The position numbers and the translations under genes are program-made. A stretch of DNA of 38,426 nt from positions 1-38,426 of the IMG/VR virus record IMGVR_UViG_3300049137_000136; one strand, written 5' to 3'. Below are positions 1 through 8,725 of the stretch, piece by piece. How positions within the stretch are numbered: position 1 is the first letter of the stretch; each line of letters begins with the position of its first letter. Below the pieces are notes generated by a model. The model was not told the DNA's origin, did no database searches, and saw nothing but the letters and a program-made list of their open reading frames with translations. Origin of the DNA: a virus (taxonomy: Duplodnaviria; Caudoviricetes).

Positions 1-47
1 GGGCTGGGTGGGCTGGGCTGGGATGCGGCGACCGGTGGCGGCGGGGT

Positions 48-422
48 TCACGCGGCGACCCTCCGCTGCTTGGCGCGGACGGCGCGGTGGGCGGCGATCT
101 GGCGGCCCTTCGCGGTCAGCCGCCAGACGCCGATGCGGTGCCCGTGGGTGTTGGCCTGGGTCGACGGGACGGTGCGGCCCGTGTGCTCGATGACGCCGCC
201 GGTGCGGAGGCTGTTGATGGCGGCGCCGAGGAAGCCGTGGCTGAGTTCGGGCAGGACGTCGCGGAGGTCGTTGCAGGAAAAGTCGTCGTGGCGCTGGCCG
301 AAGTGGAAGACGGCCTGCTCGACGAGGAACTGGTCCCAGGACGACTGGTCGGCTATCTCCTCGAGGAGGAAGTCCTTCTCGGCGTTGGCGAGGCGTTCGG
401 CGGGGGTGAGCTTGCGGGCCAT
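48..422 (-). CDS. Phage early hypothetical protein, possibly winged-helix DNA-binding
   Basis: 124-aa ORF with AGGGAG RBS; helix-rich with a C-terminal 'WRLTAKG' wing-like segment; co-oriented with the early operon. Confidence 0.7.
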   Translation of the reverse strand: MARKLTPAERLANAEKDFLLEEIADQSSWDQFLVEQAVFHFGQRHDDFSCNDLRDVLPELSHGFLGAAINSLRTGGVIEHTGRTVPSTQANTHGHRIGVWRLTAKGRQIAAHRAVRAKQRRVAA

Positions 423-458
423 GGCGGGCTCCCTGTCGCTGTGGTGTCCTTGGTGAGG

Positions 459-487
459 GGCCGCCCCGATACCCGCGGGGCGGCCTC
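459..487 (-). repeat. Intergenic hairpin, copy 1 of an early-operon repeat
   Basis: Stem GGCCGCCCCG(459-468)/CGGGGCGGCC(476-485); CCGCGGGGCGGCCTC at 473-487 is identical to 5859-5873. Confidence 0.6.
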
Positions 488-500
488 CGGCCTGTCCGGG

Positions 501-1271
501 CTACTGCTCGGTGGGCTCGGGCTCGGCGGCGAGCCAGGCGAGGAGCGGGACGGCGATGTCGCGGGCCCCGTTCGGCTTCTGGATGACCTTGCGGTTCAGG
601 GCCGGGCAGCGAGATTTGAGGACTTCGAGCCGGTTGTCGAGGTCCATCGCCACGGCGACGTCGAACTCGTACTCGATGCCCTTGCGCTGCTCGGGCCGCA
701 TGCCGACCCGCTCCGGCTTGCCGCCGGTCAACACCCACTCCGTGTAGGAGCGCATCGAGCAGACGACGTGGCCGGGGTAGTCGAGGATCGCTGCGACCAT
801 GTCGTTTTGCAGCGGGGTGCCGTCCTTCCAGCCGGCGAACTTGTTGCCGCCGTACCGGCTGGACGCCTTCTCGACTTGGTCGAGGGTGCCGTCGGTGCCC
901 TTCCAGAAGTGGCTGAGGCTGTCGACGAACACGGTCGGGTAGCCGGCCTGGGCGGCGGCGTCGAGGACGCGGACGAGGTCGCGGGGGTCGTAGCGGTCCA
1001 TCGGGCAGGTGTCGAACTGGATGCCGCCGATCCCGGCGTAGAGGCTGGCGGCGCCCTTCTCGGTGTCGATGACGGCGAACTTGCGGCCCTCGGACAGGCC
1101 GTGGGCGATGCTGAGGCCGGTCCAGGTCTTGCCGGAGCCGGACATGCCCTGGATGGACAGTCGGGCCCGTCGCCCGACCTTGCTGGCGGGCCGGAACGCG
1201 AACTGCTGGGAGGCGCCGTTCTGCTGCGCCGCGCGGGGGGCAGTGCGGACGGGCTGCGGAAGCTGGGACAT
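501..1271 (-). CDS. P-loop ATPase, AAA_24/Sak4-like recombination protein
   Basis: Walker A GMSGSGKT, 'VIDTE', Walker B 'VFVDSLS', 'EYEFD' motif; downstream of the exonuclease. Start trimmed to MSQLPQ. Confidence 0.8.
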   Translation of the reverse strand: MSQLPQPVRTAPRAAQQNGASQQFAFRPASKVGRRARLSIQGMSGSGKTWTGLSIAHGLSEGRKFAVIDTEKGAASLYAGIGGIQFDTCPMDRYDPRDLVRVLDAAAQAGYPTVFVDSLSHFWKGTDGTLDQVEKASSRYGGNKFAGWKDGTPLQNDMVAAILDYPGHVVCSMRSYTEWVLTGGKPERVGMRPEQRKGIEYEFDVAVAMDLDNRLEVLKSRCPALNRKVIQKPNGARDIAVPLLAWLAAEPEPTEQ

Positions 1272-1273
1272 GA

Positions 1274-1768
1274 TCAGGAGTCCTTCGGGAAGTTGATGCG
1301 GGCGTACTGGCCGAAGCGTTCGATGGCGGCAGCGTCGTAGGCGCGGGCCGCTTCTTCGGGGGTGGCGAAGAGGCCAAGGTGGTAGGACTTGCCGCCGGTC
1401 CTTATCTGGGCCCGCCAGGCCCGGCACTCGGCGTGCCAGGAGACCCCTTTGAATCCGGACGTGTTGTCCGACCGACGGCGGCTGTTGGTGGCGTTCTGGG
1501 CCTGCGTCGTAACGCGCAGATTCGTCCTGCGGTTGTCGAGCCCATCGCCGTTGAGGTGGTCGACTCCGATGACCCCGACGATGAAGTTGTGCATTTGCTG
1601 GGTGGTTCGACGTCCACCGGGAAGCGTGACGTGACGCTGGGCGTACACGGTCTTCCCGTGCGGGCGAGCGTGCCATCGGCCAGCTGCGATGACCCGCGGG
1701 TAGTCGGCCTCATCTACGAGGGCTACGTGGCCGCGCGACAAGGGCACTGTCATGGTCGACTTCAGCAC
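1274..1768 (-). CDS. HNH endonuclease with C-terminal AP2 DNA-binding domain (homing-type)
   Basis: 'VDHLNGDGLDNRRTNLR' HNH motif; 'SGFKGVSW..WRAQI..YHLGLFATPEEAARAYD' AP2 motif; GTG start after GGAGG. Confidence 0.9.
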   Translation of the reverse strand: MLKSTMTVPLSRGHVALVDEADYPRVIAAGRWHARPHGKTVYAQRHVTLPGGRRTTQQMHNFIVGVIGVDHLNGDGLDNRRTNLRVTTQAQNATNSRRRSDNTSGFKGVSWHAECRAWRAQIRTGGKSYHLGLFATPEEAARAYDAAAIERFGQYARINFPKDS

Positions 1769-1776
1769 TCCGCCTC

Positions 1777-2604
1777 CTAGGCGTACTGGCGCTCGACCCA
1801 GGCGGGGAGCGAGATCATCGGGTTGGGCGGGTAACCGGGCCATTCGCCGCGCTCGCGGCAGATGGCGTAGGTGTTGAGGGCGACCTCGTTGAGGTGGCGG
1901 CCGATGCCGCGGGCCATCGGGTCGCAGGTCGTGACGACGACGAGGTAGGGCGGGTCCTTCTCCTGCACCACGAACTGCATAGGCCGCTCGGGGTCGGCGA
2001 CGTCGAGGACGGTGCCAGCCTCCTCGTACCAGTCCTGCTGCTGCGCATAGCCGTGCTCGTTGAACGCCTTCTCCAGGTCTTCGCGGCGGCAGGATCGGGC
2101 CGACTTGTAGTCGACGATCTGTCCGTCGTCGCGGAGGAAGTCGAAGCGGGCCCGCCGCCAGACGCCGTTGTCTTCCCAGAAGGCGGACTGTTCGGCGGCG
2201 CCGGAGCTGGGCTCCAGCAGGCGGGCGGCCTCTTCGTTGGCGCGCAGTGCGGCGGCCATGGCCCGCACCTGCTCCAGCTCGTGGTGCTTGAGCGGGATGC
2301 CGCCTGCGGCCCTTATAGCGGCGACCTCGGCCTTGATGGCGTCGGTGTCCCACCGTGCCGCGTCGACGAGGACGAGTTCGGGGCCGTCGTCGAGGACGAG
2401 TTTGTGGGCGGCGGTGCCGAGGTCGAGGGCCTTGTTGGGGGGCTGGGGGTTGTCGAGCCAGTGCTTGAACTTGGCGGGGCATTCGGTGACGAGCTTGCGG
2501 GCGCCGGTGGAGGACAGGCTGCCGCCGGGGATGGGGTCGGAGTGGTACAGCTCGGCGGGGATGTCGTACAGGCCGGGCTCGACCTCGACCGACGCCGCGG
2601 TCAT
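1777..2604 (-). CDS. PD-(D/E)XK exonuclease, RecE/ExoVIII-like (DUF3799)
   Basis: 'YHSDP..SLSSTG', 'GTAAH', 'RARFD..IVDYKS', 'GYAQQ..WY' motifs; ATG at 2604 overlaps the upstream stop codon. Confidence 0.85.
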   Translation of the reverse strand: MTAASVEVEPGLYDIPAELYHSDPIPGGSLSSTGARKLVTECPAKFKHWLDNPQPPNKALDLGTAAHKLVLDDGPELVLVDAARWDTDAIKAEVAAIRAAGGIPLKHHELEQVRAMAAALRANEEAARLLEPSSGAAEQSAFWEDNGVWRRARFDFLRDDGQIVDYKSARSCRREDLEKAFNEHGYAQQQDWYEEAGTVLDVADPERPMQFVVQEKDPPYLVVVTTCDPMARGIGRHLNEVALNTYAICRERGEWPGYPPNPMISLPAWVERQYA

Positions 2605-2948
2605 GCGACGCCGTCCAGGGGCATCGGGCGGGCGCATGCCTCGCACAGGCGGGCGTCGGTGAACGGTCCGTCCGTGTCGCGGCAGCGGGTGCAGCGGATG
2701 GGTTGGGCGGAGAGGCCCGCGATGGCCTGCAGGACGGCGATGCCGCTCTCGTCGTACTTGGCGAGGAGGATGGCGTCCCCGTAGTCGGGGAACGTGGTGC
2801 AGAGCTTGGCCCGGTTCACGGCGTCGGCGCGGGCGATGAGGGTGATCAGCAGCTCGGTCCAGTCGTCGGCCGGGTAGCCGCCGCGGCCGAAGTGGGAGAG
2901 GATGTGAGCCGCGACCTCGGCGGGGATCTTGGGGCGTTTGCTGCTCAT
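2601..2948 (-). CDS. Hypothetical protein with C-terminal CxxC..CxxC zinc finger
   Basis: AGGAG RBS; CTRC and CEAC motifs; ATGA coupling to the next gene. Confidence 0.75.
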   Translation of the reverse strand: MSSKRPKIPAEVAAHILSHFGRGGYPADDWTELLITLIARADAVNRAKLCTTFPDYGDAILLAKYDESGIAVLQAIAGLSAQPIRCTRCRDTDGPFTDARLCEACARPMPLDGVA

Positions 2949-3068
2949 CTGGGGCTCCTGAGGGTGTGCTGAGGGAGGGCCGCCGCCCCCGGCTGGGGGA
3001 GGCCGCGAGGCGGCGGTCTGGGTGGCGGCGCGGAGCGAGGGAGGCTCGACACGCCGCCGGCTGGGGGG

Positions 3069-3473
3069 TTAGGCGGCCCCGACGTCGGCCTGCTTCTTGC
3101 TGGCCGGGTCGACGCGCAGGTGATCGACAGGGAACAGTTCGCCCTCCTGTGGCTCCAACTGCTTCGCGGCCCGCTTGATGATCCGGCGGACGCCGTCGTA
3201 GCAGTCGGGGCAGAAGGCGATCAGCCGGCTCGGCGGCAGCGAGGCGGCGACGTGGAAGTCGCCTTCGTTGATCGGGTCGCGCGGAGTGGCGATCAGGGTG
3301 ATGACGCCACGCTTCGTGGTCCGCTTGCCGTTCGTCATCTCGCAGCGGCCGGGCTTCTTGGTGCGCACATCGGCGTGCTTCTTGCCGCAGGCGCCCTTGC
3401 ACTCACAGCGGTCGCCCGCGCGCTTCATGACGGTGTTCCATATGGCGGCGCCGACCAGGGGCGGGCGGATCAC
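3069..3473 (-). CDS. Cys-rich zinc-binding protein, degenerate HNH-like
   Basis: 'W..VMKRAGDRCECKGACGKKH...FCPDCY'; GTG start overlaps the upstream stop (GTGA). Confidence 0.65.
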   Translation of the reverse strand: MIRPPLVGAAIWNTVMKRAGDRCECKGACGKKHADVRTKKPGRCEMTNGKRTTKRGVITLIATPRDPINEGDFHVAASLPPSRLIAFCPDCYDGVRRIIKRAAKQLEPQEGELFPVDHLRVDPASKKQADVGAA

Positions 3474-4111
3474 GCTGCATTCACCGCCTCGGGTTCGATC
3501 GGCACGTCGTCCATGGCGCGGATCAGTTCGCAGCCGCGGCAGGCGCAGCGCCAGCCGTTCTCCCGCGCGCTGTCCTGGCTGTGCAGCGCGTGCAGCGCCT
3601 GGCCCTGCTCGAGGACGACGTCGCGCAGGCGCCTGATCTCGGAGTTCAGCTTCTCGACGAGCTGTACCTCGGGGTCCTTCGTCGCGTCCTCCACGTTCTG
3701 GCGGTCGCCGACCATCCCGGACAGCAGCCACTTCGCCTGGTCGGCCGCCGCCTTGAGGTCTCGGATCTGCTGGGTGGACGCCTTGCCGCTCTCGGGCAGC
3801 TCGGCCGCCCGGTGCACTACCGCGTTGATGGGCCTCGCGGACTGGCGCAGGATCGCCTGCAGGTACAGGCCGGCTCGTGCGGTCACGTCGGTCTGTGCGG
3901 ACCGTCGCGCCGCCGCGTACACGGAGCGGTCGTGCTTCACCCGGTCCTGCAGCAGCGAGTTGTAGGCGTTCTCGTGGCGCCGCGACTCGGCGGCCAGGCG
4001 TTCGGCTTCCTGGTTGAGCAGCTCCAGGTCGGACAGGTGGTCGACGTTCTCGCTCAGCCGCGCGTATTCCTTGCGCAGCGCGGCGACTCGTTCGGTGGCG
4101 TTCAAGGTCAT
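3470..4111 (-). CDS. Hypothetical coiled-coil protein with C-terminal CxCxxC
   Basis: 213-aa ORF with AGGAG RBS; operon-coupled. Confidence 0.75.
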   Translation of the reverse strand: MTLNATERVAALRKEYARLSENVDHLSDLELLNQEAERLAAESRRHENAYNSLLQDRVKHDRSVYAAARRSAQTDVTARAGLYLQAILRQSARPINAVVHRAAELPESGKASTQQIRDLKAAADQAKWLLSGMVGDRQNVEDATKDPEVQLVEKLNSEIRRLRDVVLEQGQALHALHSQDSARENGWRCACRGCELIRAMDDVPIEPEAVNAA

Positions 4112-4182
4112 CTCCTGCGGGATGCTGGTGTCGGAGTTGGGCGCCGCCGTCGCCGGCCGGTGTCATCCGGCGCGGCGGCGGG

Positions 4183-4692
4183 TCAGCGCTCGGTGAGCGT
4201 GCGGAGGCGGCGGATGTCGTTGGCGGCGCCGCGCATGACCCGGGCCCGGTAGCTCTGGTCCGGCTCGAAGTCGGCCAGGCAGTCGAACCACCCGGCGGCC
4301 TCGCTCAGGGCCTTCTCGCGCGCCCCGGCCAGTTCCGTCTCCAGCTCGGCGATACGGGCCGTGGCGCTGCCCAGGTCGGACTCCAGCTCGGCGATCTGGT
4401 CGACGGCGTCCCGCAGCACGCCCTTGAGGCGCTGGACTTCCGTCAGGAGGTCGTCGATGTCCTGCCGGGCGTGGGCGATGAAGTCGGCGTCCGCGCTGGT
4501 GGTGATCTCCCCGACGTAGTCGCGCTCGGCGTCGACGATGTCGGCCGGGACGTACCTGCCGCGGCGCTTCCACGGGCCCGGTCCGGCTGCCTGGGCACGG
4601 TCCTTGATCTCCGCGAGGCGGGACGGGCTGGGCGGCCAGGGCTGGCCGTCGACCGGCAGCGGCAGGTCGGAGATCCACTTTCGGGCGGTCAC
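4183..4692 (-). CDS. Ead/Ea22-like phage protein
   Basis: 'RLAEIKDRAQAA.PGPW...ADADFIAHARQDI..LL.EV.RL' motif; GTG overlaps the upstream stop. Confidence 0.7.
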   Translation of the reverse strand: MTARKWISDLPLPVDGQPWPPSPSRLAEIKDRAQAAGPGPWKRRGRYVPADIVDAERDYVGEITTSADADFIAHARQDIDDLLTEVQRLKGVLRDAVDQIAELESDLGSATARIAELETELAGAREKALSEAAGWFDCLADFEPDQSYRARVMRGAANDIRRLRTLTER

Positions 4693-5291
4693 GCGGCCAC
4701 CGCCTTCCGAGAGGCGTCCCACAGGTCGATGCCGTGGCGGATCGCGTGGCAGCAGTGCAGGAAGCCCGGCGTGAAGTCGCTGAAGTCCCACTCCGGCAGG
4801 TCACCGAAGTCCCAACCCTTGTAGCGGAAGTCCGCCAGGGCTGCGCGGGCGCTCGACTCATCGAAGATGTCGCCCATTTCGAAGATTTCTCGGGTGACTT
4901 CAGCGCCGATGCCGCGCGGTGCCTCGCCCTCGCGGATGGAGTGGACGACGTACCGCTTGACCTGCTGCTCGAACAGGTTTGGGTCGAAGCCCTCGATCTC
5001 GTCCCGGCCGGCCCGGACCTTTTCCTGCCAGTAGCCGGGGTTGATCTGGCCCTTGAGGGCGGTGCGGCGGAACAGGTCGAGCATGTCCGGGGTGGCGTCG
5101 ATGTCGAAGTGGAACGTCCAGCCTGCCTTGACGACGAGGTTGTACGGCCAGGTGATCAGCTCGAACGGGTAGCGGCCGAACGCGGAGTCGGCCGTGCCCT
5201 CGAACCTCAGGTGCCGGTACAGGCCGTCCTCGTGCAGCACGGTCATCTGGTGGCCGGAGAACCGGGCCGCGATCTCGGGGTAGTCGCTCAT
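4689..5291 (-). CDS. Conserved-type phage hypothetical protein
   Basis: 200-aa ORF 'H.MTVLHEDGLYRHLRF...INPGYW.EK'; coupled at both ends. Confidence 0.8.
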   Translation of the reverse strand: MSDYPEIAARFSGHQMTVLHEDGLYRHLRFEGTADSAFGRYPFELITWPYNLVVKAGWTFHFDIDATPDMLDLFRRTALKGQINPGYWQEKVRAGRDEIEGFDPNLFEQQVKRYVVHSIREGEAPRGIGAEVTREIFEMGDIFDESSARAALADFRYKGWDFGDLPEWDFSDFTPGFLHCCHAIRHGIDLWDASRKAVAA

Positions 5292-5524
5292 CGGGCACCG
5301 CCGGACAGGTCGTTGATCAGCGAGCGGAGGCGGTCGATCGTCCAGTCGACGCCCTCGGAGAAGTCCGCGTTCCGGTCCGGATTGACTGCTTCGATCGTGT
5401 CCACGATGGTGCGCAGTTTCTCGGCGAGGTAGGCGTCGAGCTTGGCCTGCGGGTCGGCGTAGCGGTCGAGCAGCGCCAGCAGAAGGTGGTGCGCGCTGCC
5501 CGGCTTCGGGGTCTGGGTGCTCAT
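5288..5524 (-). CDS. Hypothetical protein
   Basis: 78 aa from MSTQTP; GGAGG RBS; ATGA overlaps. Confidence 0.7.
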   Translation of the reverse strand: MSTQTPKPGSAHHLLLALLDRYADPQAKLDAYLAEKLRTIVDTIEAVNPDRNADFSEGVDWTIDRLRSLINDLSGGAR

Positions 5525-5799
5525 CGGGTCGCCTCCGTCACGGACTTGACGGCGTGCACGGCGTAGGCGGACCACGAGAAGCGGCGTCCCTTGCCCTCCG
5601 GGCCCTTGCGGCGCTGCATGAGGCGCCACACCTTGCCGGGGAGGTACTCGTCCCAGCGGTAGTCCCAGCGGTCGGCGCCGGACCACGCGGTCTGGCGGGT
5701 CAGCGCGTTGTCCTGTGCCGTGTCGAGGTCGGTGGCCACCGCGATCGGGGTGTTGTCGAGCATGATGACGAAGGCGGCGCTCTGCGATGATGTGGACAT
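5521..5799 (-). CDS. Hypothetical protein
   Basis: 92 aa with AGGAG RBS; coupled to the next gene. Confidence 0.7.
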   Translation of the reverse strand: MSTSSQSAAFVIMLDNTPIAVATDLDTAQDNALTRQTAWSGADRWDYRWDEYLPGKVWRLMQRRKGPEGKGRRFSWSAYAVHAVKSVTEATR

Positions 5800-5842
5800 C
5801 GGTCCACGCTCCTGTTCTCTGCGTTCGGGTGGTGTGGATCGC

Positions 5843-5873
5843 GAGGCCGTTCCCGTAGCCGCGGGGCGGCCTC
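5843..5873 (-). repeat. Intergenic hairpin, copy 2 of an early-operon repeat
   Basis: Imperfect stem GAGGCCGTTCCCG/CGGGGCGGCCTC; shares a 15-mer with 473-487. Confidence 0.6.
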
Positions 5874-5881
5874 ACTGCTGC

Positions 5882-6148
5882 TCAGGCAGCGGCGCGGGCG
5901 GGCTTGCGGCGGGGGCCTCGCAGAGGCACGGTGCGGGTCGCCCTGTAGTAGGCGTCGAGGTCTTCGCGGGAGACGAGGATCACGCCTCCCGGGACACGCT
6001 GGCTGCAGGGCAGGAGACCCGCCTTGATCGCGCGCCTCACGGTCTCGACGCTGCAGTCCCACAGCCATGCGACTTCGCGAAGGTTGAAGAACGGGGCGTT
6101 GATGTCCCGGGGCTCGGTGGGGATCCGCGGGGACTGCTTGGTAGCCAC
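5882..6148 (-). CDS. xis: Excisionase-like (HTH_17/MerR-type) DNA-binding protein, probable recombination directionality factor
   Basis: 'FFNLREVAWLWDCSVETVRRAIKAGLL...ILVSREDLDAY'; small and basic; second gene of the lytic operon. Confidence 0.7.
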   Translation of the reverse strand: MATKQSPRIPTEPRDINAPFFNLREVAWLWDCSVETVRRAIKAGLLPCSQRVPGGVILVSREDLDAYYRATRTVPLRGPRRKPARAAA

Positions 6149-6149
6149 T

Positions 6150-6395
6150 TCACTTCCTTTCTGGAGGATCCGGGTGGGGGGCGAGGAGTTCGGTCTGGTT
6201 CGCTTTCAGGGCGGCTCTGAGCCGGACGTAGGTCGCGGGCTTCATGCGGGTTCGTGCACCGCGTTCGAGCTTTCGCAGGTAGCTGGCGGTTATGCCGGCC
6301 TTGGCTGCGAGCTGTTGGACTTCCATCCCCGCTGACATGCGCTTTTTGCAGATAGCCGCCCCGTCCACCTCGAAGGTGGTTGGGGCTTGTGCCAT
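6150..6395 (-). CDS. Cro-like XRE helix-turn-helix regulator
   Basis: 'R...GMEVQQLAAKAGITASYLRKLERG'; divergent from the repressor; leaderless (TAGCTT-N6-ATG). Confidence 0.85.
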   Translation of the reverse strand: MAQAPTTFEVDGAAICKKRMSAGMEVQQLAAKAGITASYLRKLERGARTRMKPATYVRLRAALKANQTELLAPHPDPPERK

Positions 6396-6562
6396 GCCTG
6401 AAAGCTACCCATAGATGCCCTGTCTTGTCTAGGCACCTGTGAGCGGCTGTGGTCAGATCATGCCTACAGATGCCCACTGACCTGCGTAAAGGTGGCGCAT
6501 AGATTGGGCCTAAGTGCCCCCCAGTCCTGGCTGGTCCCCTCCAGTCCTGCGAGGATGACCCC
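6396..6562. promoter_or_regulatory. Lysis/lysogeny switch with divergent leaderless promoters and repeated operator-like motifs
   Basis: -10 boxes TAGCTT (6402-6407, minus) and GAGGAT (6551-6556, plus), each 6 nt before an ATG; repeated YAYAGATG-like motifs and two copies of CCAGTCCTG. Confidence 0.7.
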
Positions 6563-6997
6563 ATGCCACGCGCCGACCAACGTGACTATGAGAGGCTGGC
6601 GAGGATCGCCCGCCGCCGCCGAGTCGAACTCGGCCTTGCCCTGAACGACGTCAACGCCAAAGCCGGCGGACTCTCCAACCGGACTTGGCAGCGCGTCGAG
6701 AAGGGTCTGGAGATCCGTGAGACCAACTACGTCAAGATCGACGGCCTGCTGAGGTGGGCTCCAGGTAGCTGCCTGGGAGTGCTGGACGGGCGAGATCCCG
6801 TACCGGTGGAGGACATGAAGGACCCGGACGCCTCTGGTGTCCAGAAGTCGCCTCTGCCGCAGGAGGTTGTCGACAGGGAGGCACTCGACACCGTCCAGTT
6901 GGCACTCATCGCCACCGCCAAGGGGACGCCAGCGGAGGAGATCCGCGAGATGAGCGAGCGGGTGGTGAGGGACCTGCGCGAGCGTGGATTGATCTAG
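6563..6997 (+). CDS. Immunity repressor (XRE-type HTH, no S24 peptidase domain)
   Basis: 'RRRRVELGL...AGGLSNRTWQRVEKG...KIDGLLRWAPGS'; divergent from cro and upstream of int. Confidence 0.8.
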   Translation: MPRADQRDYERLARIARRRRVELGLALNDVNAKAGGLSNRTWQRVEKGLEIRETNYVKIDGLLRWAPGSCLGVLDGRDPVPVEDMKDPDASGVQKSPLPQEVVDREALDTVQLALIATAKGTPAEEIREMSERVVRDLRERGLI

Positions 6998-7156
6998 CTG
7001 AAGTTCAGCCTATTGTCGTACAACCCTTTGCGCTTTACCGTTCCGTTACGAAGTTTCCACCTGTCACATGATCTCAGCCAGTCACAAACAGGCCACGGTG
7101 TGGCAGAGTCGAGCCACGTCCTCAGAGGCTCCTTCCAGGCGAGACTAGGGGGAGCT

Positions 7157-7360
7157 ATGCAGCAAGTAGACGCGCTCATAGTCGACTACGGGCCAACGTT
7201 CGCCGGAACGGCGGTCCGTACCGGCGAAGGGATCGTCTGTGTGGTTCCGAGTCAGATCCGCGACAGACCTGAAGCACAGGCCTCGATGCGGGAGATGGTG
7301 AGGGACCTCGGTGGTGAATGTGGTCAATGCCCGGGCTGCCCCCTGGGGCTGGCGGGCTGA
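7157..7360 (+). CDS. Small Cys-cluster protein (CxxCxxC) between repressor and integrase
   Basis: GGGGGAG RBS before ATG 7157; 67 aa ending ECGQCPGCPLGLAG. Confidence 0.6.
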   Translation: MQQVDALIVDYGPTFAGTAVRTGEGIVCVVPSQIRDRPEAQASMREMVRDLGGECGQCPGCPLGLAG

Positions 7361-7435
7361 GATCATGCACGACGTGGCGTCCCGGCGGTAGGGGTACCTG
7401 CCGGGCGGCCACGGCACCAGCAGTAAGGGGGCGGC

Positions 7436-8722
7436 ATGGCCAGACGTGCGCAGGACATCTACACCGAGTGGCGAGGCGGCACTTGCCGCGTGAAGTGGTG
7501 GTCAGGCGAGTACCACGACGGCGGCCGCAAGCGCTTCGAGTCCAAGGGTGGCTTCACCGACGAGGACGAGGCGTTCCAATACGGCCAGGACAAGCTGTAC
7601 GAGATCCGTCACGGGACGCACGTCAAGAACCGCGACGGCGCAACCCTCATGTCGGACTGGCTGGACGACTGGCTCGCGGGCCTGGACCATGCCCACCTGA
7701 CGGAGCAGAACTACCGGTCCATCGTCGAGACTCACATCCGCCCGTACTTCAAGAAGCGCAACGCCGCCGTCGCCGACATCGACGTCATCGCCTACCGGGC
7801 GTTCCGGAAGCACATCAACGGCGCGCTGAAGCCGAACACGGCGAAGAAGGTCATGACGATCCTCGGGATGATCCTCGACGACGCCGTGCCCCGCCTCATC
7901 AAGGTCTCCCCAGTCGAACGCACCCGGCGGCGCGGCAGGTATACGCGCAAGCCGAAGGAGCGCAAGCGGGACATGACCGAGGAAGCCGTCGAGCAGCTGG
8001 CCCGCAACGCGCGCACCCTGTTGGGTGAGCCGGGCTACGCGTTCATCTGGACGATGGCCATGACCGGCATGCGGCCGGCGGAGCTGTACGGGCTGACCCG
8101 CGAGTACTGCTACCCGAACTGGCCGGGATCCGATCTGCGGCTGAACCCGGACGAGCGTGACCGGTACGAGGACGACCTGGAGCGGTACGGCAAGGGAGAC
8201 GGGCTGATGCCCGCGATCCGCGTCGAGCGGCAGGTGCAGTACAAGGACAGCACGCTGACCTTCATGGCGCCTAAGTACGAGAGCTACCGCAGCTTGGTCA
8301 TCCCGCCGTTCCTCGCCGAGCTGCTGGACAGGCTGCTTGCCAGCCATGACAGCCAGTGGGTGTTCCCTGCCCTGAACGGCAACAGCCTCGGAGTGATGAA
8401 CTTCAGCTACGTGTGGTGGCGGCCTATCGCTGACGGAGCCGAGGAACGGGTCGGGCGCCAGGCCCGCTGGAACCGGTCGGCGATCCCGCCGGTGCCGTCG
8501 TTCGCGGGGAAGCGGCTCTACCTGATCCGGCACGGTCACAAGGCGTGGCTGGACGAGGACGGGCACCCCCGGTTCGCGGTGGAGTCCCGCATGGGCCATG
8601 AGGTGCCGGGTGTCGAGGGCACATACTCGAGCGTGACGGTGGCGATGGAGCGTGCCATCATGAAGACGCTGCAGGAGCGGTGGGAGCGTCTGCAGGAGCG
8701 GACGCAGCGGGCGGGGAGCTAG
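7436..8722 (+). CDS. int: Tyrosine integrase
   Basis: N-terminal arm-binding region ('KRFESKGGF'), catalytic TGMRPAEL, PK, YLIRH (Tyr for His in HxxR), MGH..Y. Confidence 0.92.
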   Translation: MARRAQDIYTEWRGGTCRVKWWSGEYHDGGRKRFESKGGFTDEDEAFQYGQDKLYEIRHGTHVKNRDGATLMSDWLDDWLAGLDHAHLTEQNYRSIVETHIRPYFKKRNAAVADIDVIAYRAFRKHINGALKPNTAKKVMTILGMILDDAVPRLIKVSPVERTRRRGRYTRKPKERKRDMTEEAVEQLARNARTLLGEPGYAFIWTMAMTGMRPAELYGLTREYCYPNWPGSDLRLNPDERDRYEDDLERYGKGDGLMPAIRVERQVQYKDSTLTFMAPKYESYRSLVIPPFLAELLDRLLASHDSQWVFPALNGNSLGVMNFSYVWWRPIADGAEERVGRQARWNRSAIPPVPSFAGKRLYLIRHGHKAWLDEDGHPRFAVESRMGHEVPGVEGTYSSVTVAMERAIMKTLQERWERLQERTQRAGS

Positions 8723-8725
8723 CTG

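Noticed and set aside
1274-3402. Apparent large fusion proteins in the ORF track (501-1676, 1274-2482, 1777-3402; also 12670-14109 and 31258-32544)
   Set aside because: The N-terminal extensions are off-frame read-through of upstream genes; the true starts have an RBS or stop/start coupling
7013-7156. N-terminal extension of the 7157 gene containing a TTA codon (possible bldA control)
   Set aside because: AT-rich, TTG start without an RBS; a strong RBS supports ATG 7157
8510-8540. Integrase has YxxR in place of HxxR, suggesting inactivity
   Set aside because: This position varies among tyrosine recombinases; the other catalytic residues and attP are intact
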